A DNA stretch of 64,000 nt, taken from assembly GCA_000165345.1 (NCBI GenBank), contig CM000436.1:1216001-1280000 (forward strand). Reading direction: 5' to 3'. Positions 48,419-58,242 of this stretch are shown here, piece after piece; the first letter of the stretch is position 1; each line of letters begins with the position of its first letter. The position numbers and the translations under genes were made by a program. A model generated the notes under the pieces. That model did not search any database. It was not told the origin of the DNA and saw nothing but the letters and a program-made list of their open reading frames with translations.

Positions 48419-48739
48419 TTATTCTTGCAGTTTTTCTGATATTTTTGTTTCAAAATACTTTATCCATGTTTCTGGAACTTGCGAATACAAAAATCCCTCG
48501 ATAGTTTCGTAGAAATTTGAATCTTCCTTTTCTAAAATCCGGAAACCATTTTGGCTTATTTCTAAACTTACAATCTTTTTTTCATTAAATTTGCTAAAAT
48601 TATCCTTATTCTGCTGAAGTCCCAACGTAGCCTTTGCAATTATTTTATCTTTATAACTATTATCAATTTCTGACAAGGTCAATATATCCCCAAAATTGTT
48701 CTCAATATGTTTAACTATTTCTTCTAAAGCTGCAACCAT
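48419..48739 (-). CDS. GSKIP-domain (DUF727 / CLU-N-like) small protein
   Basis: 106-codon ORF. ..KKIVSLEISQNGFRILEKEDSNFYETIEGFLYSQVPETWIKYFETKISEKL parallels the GSKIP core (..[57 protein letters not shown]). Confidence 0.4.
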   Translation of the reverse strand: MVAALEEIVKHIENNFGDILTLSEIDNSYKDKIIAKATLGLQQNKDNFSKFNEKKIVSLEISQNGFRILEKEDSNFYETIEGFLYSQVPETWIKYFETKISEKLQE

Positions 48740-49550
48740 TTGCCATAAGAAATTTTATCCCTTAATAAAAGTACTTACAAGGCTTTGATTTAACTTTCAA
48801 AATTGTTAATTTCTCTATTACTTTATTTGACTCGTTCCCCACAAAGATGTAATGTAAAATATAGCATAAACTCTTAGCCCGCTCAGTTATTTTTTATACT
48901 TTAACCATTTTTATAAATTAACTATGAAATTGAAAACTTATCAAAGGCAGATATTTTATTCAAACCTTCTGTGATATTGTCTTTTATATTTTATTCTATA
49001 ATTTTTTTTGGCTTATTTAATTAAAATATTAGAACAATAGAATATATTTTTTTCTTATTAATCTCGCAGTTAATTCCTTCCAGCAATTATTCTTCTTCTA
49101 TTCTCTTCTTTATACCTTGATTTATTTCAATTTTAGAATGATTATTTACAAGATAAAAACCTGTGCACTAAAAACTTATCTTTTTTTTTGCTTGTCATTT
49201 ACTAGCAATTTATAATCATCCTTAAATGCATGCACCAATATTTCAACCGCCCTAGAATAATTACCCCATTTTTTTTATTTGCATGTGGATTTATGCCGGT
49301 ACTAGTCAAATTGGCACTGACGTGTCAACAAAAATTGCATGCAAAAAAAATTTGGGGAGAGGGGAGATGAATAAAAAGCAGTGCTAAAACATTAAAATTA
49401 TAAAAAAAAAATTGACTTTGAAATAGAAGTGTAATTGAAAACATATTATTGGGCAAAGTTGGTCAATTATAAAATCTTGGAAGAAACAAAAGAAAGGAAT
49501 TCTTCTTGAATTAATTAATTTGAATTTGAATTTATAATGAAAGTTTGAAT

Positions 49551-50636
49551 ATGGAAGAAAAAATTTCAATTACAAAATATTTACCATTCATTGTAAGTAA
49601 TAATATCCCAATCATACATTTTGAAATAATAATATCAAAAACTAATTCTGCTCTACTTAGTTTGTTTTATTCTTAACGGCAATACTTTACTTTATATACT
49701 TTGCAGTAAGTTTTTTCGTTAAAAACAAACCAAATATTTACAACTAATTAATACCTAACCAGTTCCACTTATTACCATTACTTCAAATTGGAATTTCCAA
49801 AGCATTTAGAGTTGAATCAAAATTTCAAGAAGGTAAGTTAAAGGGTACCAAAATATTTATATGGTACTAAGAAATCGTACATTATAATTCAATAACTTTA
49901 GGTGTTAGAGATTTTATCATTATAAACTTTTTGTTTGCACTATACAAAATCTCATTATTCAAATCTTTCTTTACAGATGCAGGTAGAGTTCCTGTAACTG
50001 AAGAATGGAGAAATACTCCAGATCCAAAATTAATATTTGAAAGAAAAGATGATGGAAGATTAAGATTCTGCAAATATGAATTAGTATATAAACCAGACAG
50101 AGCTCATTATTGTCGCCAGTTAAATAGAAATGTACTAAGAATGGATCATTATTGCCCATGGTTTGGAAATTGTATTGGATATTTCAACTATAAATTCTTC
50201 TTTCTTGCTCTTCTTTATGGATGTGCCTCACTTACGTACATGATGTTTAGTCAAATTAACACTTTGAGCAATATTTGGAGTGATAAAAATGTAACCTTTG
50301 GCCACTTATATCTTGTTTCGCTGGGAATCTGTTTCAGCGCAGTGCTACTCATTATAGTAGTTCCCTTCTTCTTATTTCACGCATATATTACCTCAAGAAA
50401 TGAAACAACAATCGAATTTTGCGAAAAAAGAAGTAAAGAAAAGGTAAGTTTTTACTTCATTTTAATAATCAACCTTTATTGTGCATTATAATTAGGGATT
50501 TACATATGATCAAGGAATATATAAAAATATCCAAAGTGTATTTGGCGAAAATCCGTTTTTATGGCTTGTTCCAGTCGGTTTGCCACCATCAGATGGGCTT
50601 TTCTTCCCAATAAAAAAAATTGAAAAGGAAGTATAA
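49551..50636 (+). CDS. DHHC-family palmitoyltransferase (DHYC variant), 5 exons
   Basis: Exons: 49551-49592 (MEEKISITKYLPFI); 49661-49705 (FVLFLTAILYFIYFA); 49763-49832 (FHLLPLLQIGISKAFRVESKFQE, phase 1); 49902-50443 (..FTDAGRVP..RFCKYELVYKPDRAHYCRQLNRNVLRMDHYCPWFGNCIGYFNYKFF..TM..); 50496-50636 (GFTYDQGIYKNIQSVFGENPFLWLVPVGLPPSDGLFFPIKKIEKEV, stop). All donors GTAAGT. The Cys-rich CRD with the DHYC-P-W-NC-G-N-KFF motif and the C-terminal NPxLW motif are typical of DHHC PATs. Confidence 0.8.
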
Positions 50637-50925
50637 TTTTTAAATCAAATCCCAACCACTTAGTAATGAAACATCTATTTGTAATAATTATTTAAATTCA
50701 AAGCTAATTGCTAAAACCTTTTTTATCTACGTCATCCGTAACAAAACTTCTATTTTTTTAAACATAGATTATTCAGTCTAAGAAGAGACTGACACAGTGT
50801 ATGATTTATTATTGAATACCAATAAAAAATTTGTATTTCATATATATTCGACATCTCACAATCAATTTTGAATTTTTGTTTTTTGCATGCAATACTTTCA
50901 CCCCACAGACTCGAATCTACCGCTA

Positions 50926-50941
50926 GCATTTCCCGCCTAAA
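50926..50941. promoter_or_regulatory. GCATTTCCCGCCTAAA (E2F-like) about 230 bp upstream of gene 51169
   Basis: Exact repeat of the 16-mer at 45995-46010. Confidence 0.45.
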
Positions 50942-51168
50942 CAAGCAATGGGGTGTAAAATTACTTGAATCCCTCATCCACACAAATAAATTGCGCAAAT
51001 AAAGAATAATTGATATATAAGGAATTTGTTTGAAGGAGCTAATTTGAGGGGATTTTTTTTAATTGAAATATCGATAAAACTCAAAGCTTAAAGAAGTAAT
51101 TAAGACATAAATCATAGAAAAGAGTAAAATATTAGTATTCACTGTTTAGATTAGAGGAAATTAAAAAA

Positions 51169-51627
51169 ATGAGCGAACAATCTAATGTACAAGCAGTGCA
51201 ACCAGAACAACAAACACAACAGATTGCAGGAGCACAAGCTCAGATTGGAATGAATGCAGGAGTAGCATCTGCAGGTGTACCGTACAGTTCCGGTATGGGC
51301 CAAAATATGGTATTCCAATCTATGGCAGGAGGAAGTGGTTATTTCTTCCCTCCAAATGGTTCAGCCCCAATGAGTATGGGAAGTGGAGCATTTGCAAGTG
51401 TCGGAATGCCAGGAATGTATGAACTCGACCCAAATATGCTTTCAGGTGGCTATTCTGCTCCTTATGGCTCCGCTATGGGAAGTAGCTTCTATCTTCCAAA
51501 TCAATATGGAGGTTCAGGAGTTATGACAATGCCATATACTTATGATCCTTATGGCTTGATCAACCCAGGAATTATTCCTCCAGTTGCAACAAAGATAGCT
51601 AAGAAGAAGAGATCAGGATGCTGCTAA
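51169..51627 (+). CDS. Small Gly/Ser/Met/Tyr/Pro-rich low-complexity protein ending KKKRSGCC (polybasic + di-Cys, candidate lipidation site)
   Basis: 152-codon ORF. Coding sequence is GC-richer than its surroundings. No TM segments. TTTCCCGCCTAAA motif about 240 bp upstream. Confidence 0.45.
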   Translation: MSEQSNVQAVQPEQQTQQIAGAQAQIGMNAGVASAGVPYSSGMGQNMVFQSMAGGSGYFFPPNGSAPMSMGSGAFASVGMPGMYELDPNMLSGGYSAPYGSAMGSSFYLPNQYGGSGVMTMPYTYDPYGLINPGIIPPVATKIAKKKRSGCC

Positions 51628-51739
51628 ACAGTTTTCATTGAATCACAATCGGCCTATAAGATATAGTATAGTTAATCTACTGTATTACGTAATTACTCTG
51701 TTTTGTAAATCTTTTTTTTATAAAGTTGTATTGCGACCG

Positions 51740-52226
51740 CTACTGTAAAAGTAACCTTCTTGCTGCTTGTCTGACTCTTACATCAAATGAAGGTGTCAAT
51801 ATTGGCTGATTTGCCTCTTGGAAAGGATTCATTAGGATTTTTACGTACAAATCTCTAACCTCATTAAAAAATTGTCTTATATTCTCACTGCTCTTGCCAT
51901 GATGTAGAAGTAGAAACTTTGTGTGTCCTGGTGTTACAAATGCCGAAATCTGGGTATCTCCAAGCTTATAAATTGTTCTCATATACCTGAAATAAAAGTT
52001 TAATCAAACAAATTTTTCTATTTTCTCAAATCTAATAAACTTACAATGCTGAATTTCTCCAAGTATTCTCATCCAATGCATCCAATGAAGCATGAATCAA
52101 TAACTCGTCGGCGCAACCATTCGATCCTATTTTCCCTGTGTTATTAGACAAATCTACTTCATATAGGGGAGAGTCATTTCTTCCCACTATTGTAAATATC
52201 AAACAATCCTGATTTGTATGTATCAT
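51740..52226 (-). CDS. TRAPPC2: TRAPP complex subunit 2 (sedlin), 2 exons
   Basis: Exon 1 52045-52226 (MIHTNQDCLIFTIVGRNDSPLYEVDL..ADELLIHASLDALDENTWRNSA, ends phase 2 at a GTAAGT donor). Exon 2 51740-51986 (L-YMRTIYKLGDTQISAFVTPGHTKFLLLHHGKSSENIRQFFNEVRDLYVKILMNPFQEANQPILTPSFDVRVRQAARRLL). Collinear with human sedlin (..[83 protein letters not shown]..). Confidence 0.8.
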
Positions 52227-52281
52227 AACTACAAATTGATTGCCTAACCATCAATTAATTAATTAGTTAATATTTCAAATA

Positions 52282-52292
52282 GCCCGCCAAAA
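52282..52292. promoter_or_regulatory. GCCCGCCAAAA about 55 bp upstream of the sedlin start (minus strand)
   Basis: Same word family as 59198-59208 (GCCCGCCAAAAG). Confidence 0.4.
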
Positions 52293-52389
52293 TTGACAGA
52301 AATATTTAGACTTGAAAATAAAAAAAAATCAAGATTCAAATAAAAAGTTTTAAAAAATCATTTATTCAGATGTCTATAGGCCTTACCAA

Positions 52390-53688
52390 TTAACTTTGGA
52401 AATATTCTTCACTGAAAATATCCATTTCAACAGAATGTTTGGACCTTTCAGGGTGCCAAACAATATAACCATTTCTGTGGGGTCCTTTTTTGAGGTTGTC
52501 AAAGTATTCACCTAAATTAATTTGTAAACTTGTTCTTTTATTAAAAATTTTACACCGTTGAAACTTACCTTCTCTAATGCAAATCCTCTTCCTAGTAATG
52601 GGGTCCTTATAAGTAGCAACGCATTCTCGATCTTGACCGTACTCCTGAGGCAGTCTATTATAAGAGGAGCTATCAAATGCAACGTTTAATGTAGGATCAA
52701 CCCTTGTTTTGGAATAGATTTCCTCTATGATTATATTTAAGATATTTTTGTATTATTTAAATGAAGTTAACTTTTTTATAATTACTTGAAGCTTACCATA
52801 TGTGAGGCACTCTGGGTCTATATCGGATCTAAACCAATAACAATTAGCATTTACATCATAAAAGTATGCCAAATGGTTTGCATCTGAAGCTTTATAGTGG
52901 ATTCTCTTTCTATTATTGTTTCTTAGATGATACTTATACACTTTTCTATCAAGGTCTGGAAGAATTTAATTGTTATTAGTTGTTAAAAATAATAACTTAC
53001 ACTCTAATTCATCTATAACAGGGTATATTCCCATTCTTTCTGCTTCAATAGGAGATTCAACTTTTCTAATTACTAGAATATAATTATTTATTGTTTTTTA
53101 AAAACTAGTTTGAATAAACATACATTCGTGATTAATTTCAGCCTCTGTACTATTAGAATGCATCTTCTCATATTCCAACATCTTCTTCACAATCATTTTG
53201 TTTACATTGTCTTTCCTGGATTTATGTCCTTGTTTAGGTGGCTTTATAAATTCTTTATAAGCCTCTTGATTTCTAGTTGGTGTTAATAAAGTTAAATTAT
53301 TAGACTCTTTGGCAACCTATTTTAAACGAGTTGCCAAGCTATTATTAATTTACCTTCTTCTCGTCTTTTCTATTTCGCTAAACTCCTCTTTCTGTCTCTG
53401 AAATTCCTTATAATGACTAGGATCTAAATCCCTCTTATTATGATACTCTTCAACTTTGTATATATTTTCCTTTAAAGATGGAGAGTCATACCCAATAATT
53501 GCCTTTTCTGGTAAATAATAAGGATAATTTGTGAGATCAGAGAAATTTGGATAATTATTAGTGTTTATTTGGCTAAGAACATCCTTAGCTGAGCCATAAA
53601 TCTGAGATTTTACGCCATTTAAATGAACTAGTAATACTATAAATAACAAACTTAAAGACTCAACCATAAACTTTCTGAACTTGAGCAT
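52390..53688 (-). CDS. Multi-exon (about 6 exons) gene for a secreted or type-II membrane protein, family not recognised
   Basis: Exon 1 53354-53688 (MLKFRKFMVESLSLLFIVLLVHLNGVKSQ.. signal/anchor ..EFQRQKEEFSEIEKTRR, GTAAAT donor). Downstream exons chained by eye with consistent phases: ..RNQEAYKEFIKPPKQGHKSRKDNVNKMIVKKMLEYEKMHSNSTEAEINHE | LIRKVESPIEAERMGIYPVIDELE | YLDRKVYKYHLRNNNRKRIHYKASDANHLAYFYDVNANCYWFRSDIDPECLTY (52797-52955) | EEIYSKTRVDPTLNVAFDSSSYNRLPQEYGQDRECVATYKDPITRKRICIRE | GEYFDNLKKGPHRNGYIVWHPERSKHSVEMDIFSEEYFQS, stop (TAA at 52390-52392). Donors GTATGT, GTAAGT, GTAAGC. Confidence 0.45.
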
Positions 53689-53912
53689 TTTTTAAGACTT
53701 ACTAATTTCTTAATCGCAGCTTAATTTTCCTTAATCGACCAAGGTTTAGGCTTAATGTGGACTAATTTTACAAAAATCCGAGCATCCTGCATTGTCTGGT
53801 ATTGATAGTCAAATGCATGCAAACTTGGAAATCAGCAATTTTTGCGAACTAAAAAATTACCAGGAATTTAAAGTTGTTCATAGAAAAAAGTTTAAAGTTA
53901 TTATAATTATAA

Positions 53913-54833
53913 ATGAAGGAAACACAAGATGAATCAAAAATGTGGTCTGGAACGCGTAATAATGATTTTGAAATATCACCAGAAATAAAAGAACAAAGTC
54001 AAACTTTGAGCCAGCAAAAACATTCAAAAAGAGTTAAGAACTGTCTGACTTACTTGTTAGTTGCAGCTTTTACAACTATTGCTCTGATTTTAATCTTTGT
54101 AATTTTTGACAAAAATGGAAGAAATCCTATCCAGGTTTATTTCCAAGGTGTTTTCCCCTCAAAATCTGGTGAAAGAGAGATATTCAATCCAAGCTTACAG
54201 AAAGTAGCTGATGGGCACAGCTTTATGGAGAAGAGTGTGACTTCTGAATACGATAATGGTTCTGAAAAGAGTAATAAAATTGCTCATACTTATGATTCTG
54301 GGCATTATCAATCAGTATTAGAATTATATATGAATAGGCTCTTTGTTACTCCTTTGAATAAGATGAGTTTAACAGTCCCAATTAATGATCAAGTACTTAG
54401 AAGTTATCAAGTTGAAGCCATTGATTATTCAATAGATGATGAAATGATTTTGTATCTTTCTTTAGAACACCAACTTAAAATAAATAATGAAACTATGGTT
54501 TTATATGATAAATCCATGAATGTTATTAGCCATTTTCCAACTTATGAAGATGAAGAAGGTACCGAAAAGAAGAATATCAAACAAGGATCAAATAACCAGA
54601 AAAGTAGTAATACAGAAAATAAGCTCAGAAACAATGAGAATAAAAGACATTTACAGCAATTACAACAGCATGAATACTATAACTATACATCTACATCGGA
54701 ATGGAATCATAAGCCAGAAGTTGTTAATAATATTATTCCAACATATTATCCTAGGAATCCTTATGTTCCACCATATGGAAATCCTTATTATTTTGCCCCA
54801 AATATACTAGTTCCTTATGTATATATTTATTAA
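53913..54833 (+). CDS. Hypothetical type-II membrane protein (single N-proximal TM, Tyr/Pro-rich C-terminus)
   Basis: 306-codon ORF. TM segment LTYLLVAAFTTIALILIFVIF after a ~45-aa cytosolic N-terminus. C-terminus NPYVPPYGNPYYFAPNILVPYVYIY. Confidence 0.45.
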   Translation: MKETQDESKMWSGTRNNDFEISPEIKEQSQTLSQQKHSKRVKNCLTYLLVAAFTTIALILIFVIFDKNGRNPIQVYFQGVFPSKSGEREIFNPSLQKVADGHSFMEKSVTSEYDNGSEKSNKIAHTYDSGHYQSVLELYMNRLFVTPLNKMSLTVPINDQVLRSYQVEAIDYSIDDEMILYLSLEHQLKINNETMVLYDKSMNVISHFPTYEDEEGTEKKNIKQGSNNQKSSNTENKLRNNENKRHLQQLQQHEYYNYTSTSEWNHKPEVVNNIIPTYYPRNPYVPPYGNPYYFAPNILVPYVYIY

Positions 54834-54906
54834 GAGTATTACCAATACAATAAAATGAGAATTAATTAGATTTCTTTTCATTTAGGCACGATTTATCTCA
54901 ATAATC

Positions 54907-55431
54907 TTAATAACTTCTGATAGCTTTATTAACCATAAGCTCAATTTTGGATAAAATATCATCATTTAATAGCTGAAGCTGACCAGCTGGAGCTAATATA
55001 TGTAAAACTATGAGAATATCATTAGCTACTAATTCCTTTCCAGACTGAATAAATTTTTCGCTCCAATCTACTACAAAGTCTAAAGTTGATTTACCCCTTA
55101 AAGAGAAAGTCTCCTTATTTATTACCATAATAAAAATTACACCAAGCTGCTCAGAGATTCTCCAGAGAGAGCTAAACCTCCTATATAAGGTATCCTGAAA
55201 ATGGCAAATGCCTTCATATCTTATGGGGTTAAACATTGAGATCTGACGAATTATGGAATTTAATACATTTTGCCTGAAGTCCTCAGAGTCTAAATCAGTT
55301 TCATAAATGTTACTCAGTGAAATCTGCTTTGGAACCCAAGATTTACGTTCATATATACTTTCAAAAATCCGGATACCAAGATCAGAAAATACATCACTGT
55401 TATTCAAAGGGAGCACATAGAAACACTTCAT
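54907..55431 (-). CDS. Hypothetical protein (174 aa)
   Basis: ORF with GTGGCGCCAAT motif about 30 bp upstream of the ATG. No domain recognised. Confidence 0.45.
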   Translation of the reverse strand: MKCFYVLPLNNSDVFSDLGIRIFESIYERKSWVPKQISLSNIYETDLDSEDFRQNVLNSIIRQISMFNPIRYEGICHFQDTLYRRFSSLWRISEQLGVIFIMVINKETFSLRGKSTLDFVVDWSEKFIQSGKELVANDILIVLHILAPAGQLQLLNDDILSKIELMVNKAIRSY

Positions 55432-55460
55432 TTATTATAAATAATTTGTGTAATCTAAAT

Positions 55461-55471
55461 GTGGCGCCAAT
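55461..55471. promoter_or_regulatory. GTGGCGCCAAT about 30 bp upstream of gene 54907-55431 (minus)
   Basis: GGCGCC core at 55463-55468. Confidence 0.4.
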
Positions 55472-55720
55472 AATAGAGCAAAGATTAATAATTCACTGTA
55501 AATTCGGAATATAAAGTTGGAAAATATCATTTATAATATTCTATTTTGAATACTTTAGGACATTTTGAGAGTAACTTGAGAAGATATTGGTTGTGAATAA
55601 GTGTTTTAACATCCAACAGTTTCTTGAAGTGGATTTGTTTAGTTGAATTCCAAGTTTGGAACAAAGAATTTGTGGTATTCTAGAAACATAACCTCGAGGT
55701 ATTGTAAACTGGACCAAGTG

Positions 55721-56212
55721 TTATGGATCTTGAAGAATTGTTTTGTTCTTTTTTTCATAATCTTCTTTGTATTGGTTAATCCTATCAACCAAATCTTTGA
55801 CATTAGATGAAAAATCCTTTAGATTCTCTGCTAGAATGTCATTTTCCCTCTCTTTATTCTTTCTGTTTTCAATTTCTACGTACTTACTGATTTCATCTCG
55901 TCTAACATTATCCGCCTTGTTTAGAAGCCGGTAATAAGCCTCGCTCTTCATTGAAATAATTCTTAATAAATTAGCCCTAATCTTCTCTAGAATTTGGATC
56001 CTCTCTCTCAAAGATTCATCATTAAAACTTTTAGGATCAGAATTGAACTCATTCTCTATTGCTTTTCTCTTGCCAATATGCTCATCGATTAAGCTTTTTA
56101 AATCGATTCTGTCTTGAACAATTTTTGCTCTGATCCTTTTCTCCAAAACCGGCGAAATATCCGTATCTAAGACGCACTTTCTGCCAGATTTCCTCCTATT
56201 ATTAGAATACAT
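55721..56212 (-). CDS. Hypothetical coiled-coil protein (163 aa)
   Basis: ORF rich in K/E/R heptad-like sequence. Shares a divergent promoter (TGGCGCCAAAA at 56462) with the kinase gene. Confidence 0.45.
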   Translation of the reverse strand: MYSNNRRKSGRKCVLDTDISPVLEKRIRAKIVQDRIDLKSLIDEHIGKRKAIENEFNSDPKSFNDESLRERIQILEKIRANLLRIISMKSEAYYRLLNKADNVRRDEISKYVEIENRKNKERENDILAENLKDFSSNVKDLVDRINQYKEDYEKKNKTILQDP

Positions 56213-56461
56213 TGTGCCAAGTTAGTATTTAAGGCGATAAACTGTATTCTTATAGATCTAGTTCAATCGGCTTTCTTAAAGTCATATGTTTGCTTCTAAT
56301 TCTGTCCTGAATTAATTATTGGTTCTACCTCTTCTCCGGGAATTATCTGCCAACCTAAGCTGTTTAAATTTAATAAGTAAAAGTTCTAGATAGTTTCTGA
56401 ATTTCCTCCCTATTTTCTCTGCTTTGTTCTTAACTAATAATAAAATAATGTTAAGACTAGA

Positions 56462-56472
56462 TGGCGCCAAAA
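56462..56472. promoter_or_regulatory. TGGCGCCAAAA in the divergent promoter between gene 55721-56212 (minus) and the MEK-like kinase (plus)
   Basis: About 250 bp and about 205 bp from the two start codons. Confidence 0.45.
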
Positions 56473-56672
56473 TGTTAATTAGGCAAATTAATAAAGGCAT
56501 GAAAATAAAGTAAATGTGTATTTATGAGCAGTTTGGTATTTTCTCAATATTGAATTAGGAGGTTAGAATTTAAAATCCTGCCAAATCAACTTCATATCCT
56601 GAATTATATATTTCCTGGCTTTTTAATGTATTTAACTTCTAATTCTAAATTAAATTTCAAACTCCCACAAGC

Positions 56673-57827
56673 ATGAGTGCATTAAGGCTTGATAGTTTTG
56701 AGTTTGAAGAAAATGAAGAGCAAAGAAAGGGCAGTTTTGATGGTTCTAATTCTCTACATACTGATTGGTCACTTTCTTCGGATGGCGTATCTTTACTGCA
56801 TAAAAGTACGGGTGTGCATATTACGCATGAAGGTACAAAAGGTCTTGAGTCAGACTATGGTCTTGGAGATATTTACGTATCATTTGGGGATTTTGAGGTT
56901 AATCCAACTCCGTTAGGTCATGGAAGAAGTTCGGTAGTATTTAGTGCAATCCATAAATTATCAGGTAAAATTGTGGCTATAAAAGATATTTATGTAGGAG
57001 ATATTTTGCATCAATCTCAGCTCTCTGCAGAAATACATTCCTGGAGGTTAACTAGCTACTGCCCTTTATTAGTACAATTTCTTGGTGCTTTTATTAAACC
57101 TAACAAAAGTGTAGTATGTTTAGTTATGGAATACATGGAGTTTGGTACTTTAAGTGACATACTTTATAAAAATTTGAATAGAAATCTTCAAAGTAATGAG
57201 ACCCCAGAAGGAGTCAATGAAAACTTTCTGAAATTTATCTCAATACAAATGGTAGATGGACTTGCATATCTTCATCAGAATAACAGAATACACAGGGATG
57301 TAAAATTAAATAACATTCTTATTAATCAGGATGGAGCAGTAAAAATCAGTGATTTTGGAATTTCAAAGCTCATTGACCAAAATACTACTAAAGACCATAA
57401 TAAAAATGTATCCACTTTTGTTGGAACCCAGATATACATGAGTCCTGAAAGATTACAAGGTAAATCATACTCTTTTTCTAGTGATATCTGGAGCCTTGGA
57501 ATTTGTATTTATGAACTAGCTGTGGGAACTCACCCCTTCAAAAACCTTAGTCTGTTCGACATGGTTTATATTTTATGTGAAGATAATACAGAAAATGGAG
57601 AGCCACTACCATTTCTGGAGAAAATAATAAAAAGATGCCCTTTGCCAGAACACTTACACAAAAACCCAGACTTTTATGCCTTTCTCAAGGGATGCCTAGA
57701 GCTAGACCCTTTAAAACGTCTCACTGCACTCCAACTCCAAGGCCTCAAATGGCTAAATTTTGGTACCTGCAATCGCTATGAATTCTTAGCTTGGTTACAA
57801 CAAATTCAAAAAATAGATAGCAATTAG
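56673..57827 (+). CDS. Dual-specificity MAP kinase kinase (MEK / STE7-like)
   Basis: Kinase subdomains present: VAIK (KIVAIKDI), [17 protein letters not shown]. Activation loop ..[34 protein letters not shown].. aligns with the MEK1 loop [33 protein letters not shown], including the S-x-x-x-S/T phospho-acceptor pair. Glycine loop degenerate (LGHGRSS). Confidence 0.8.
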   Translation: [384 protein letters not shown]

Positions 57828-57845
57828 GAATGCGTCCAACGTTGC

Positions 57846-57921
57846 GGGGGGCTCGTGGTGCAGTGGTAGCTACGTGTGCTTTGCATGCACAAGGTCCCGG
57901 GTTCAATTCCCGGCGGGTCCA
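57846..57921 (+). tRNA. tRNA-Ala(UGC): tRNA-Ala (anticodon UGC)-like gene with poorly paired acceptor stem (possible pseudogene)
   Basis: ..GTGG-TGCAGTGGTAG-CTAC-G-TGTGC-TTTGCAT-GCACA-AGGTC-CCGGG-TTCAATT-CCCGG-CGGGTCC-A then CTTTTTT terminator. D-arm, anticodon arm (TGC), variable loop and T-arm match eukaryotic tRNA-Ala-TGC. 5' strand GGGGGGC pairs with 3' CGGGTCC only at positions 1-3 (including G3:U70). Confidence 0.55.
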
Positions 57922-58242
57922 CTTTTTTGTGAATCAACGTTTTTCATAAACTGAGATGGCGCTAGAATCAAAATATTTATACCATAGAAATTAATTCAAA
58001 TTAATTTTTGACAATAAGCTTTAGAATTAGCAATTTTGATTCTATCATATGACAATTCACTGAAACGATAATTGTTTTATTTTACAAATTTTCCTATTCT
58101 TCATTCTCCCACAATTTAATTTGTTATATTAGTTTGTATGTAAAGTTATATTTACATGACTTGCAATAAAAGATATTCAGTCTAAAAGAAAGCCATTGTA
58201 TCTTTTTATTTAATCAGATTATATATAGAATTTATTAATGCT

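Noticed and set aside
49315-49330. CACTGACGTGTCAACA as a CRE/ATF-like palindrome
   Set aside because: Only TGACGT matches. The flanks are not palindromic and it occurs once.
55317-55514. 65-aa plus-strand ORF overlapping the 5' end of the minus-strand gene 54907-55431
   Set aside because: It overlaps the longer minus-strand CDS and the GTGGCGCCAAT promoter word. No support.
57955-57972. GATGGCGCTAGAATC just after the tRNA-Ala gene as another E2F-like site
   Set aside because: The core is GGCGCT, not GGCGCC or GGCGGG, and lacks the flanking T/A runs. It was left out of the motif family.
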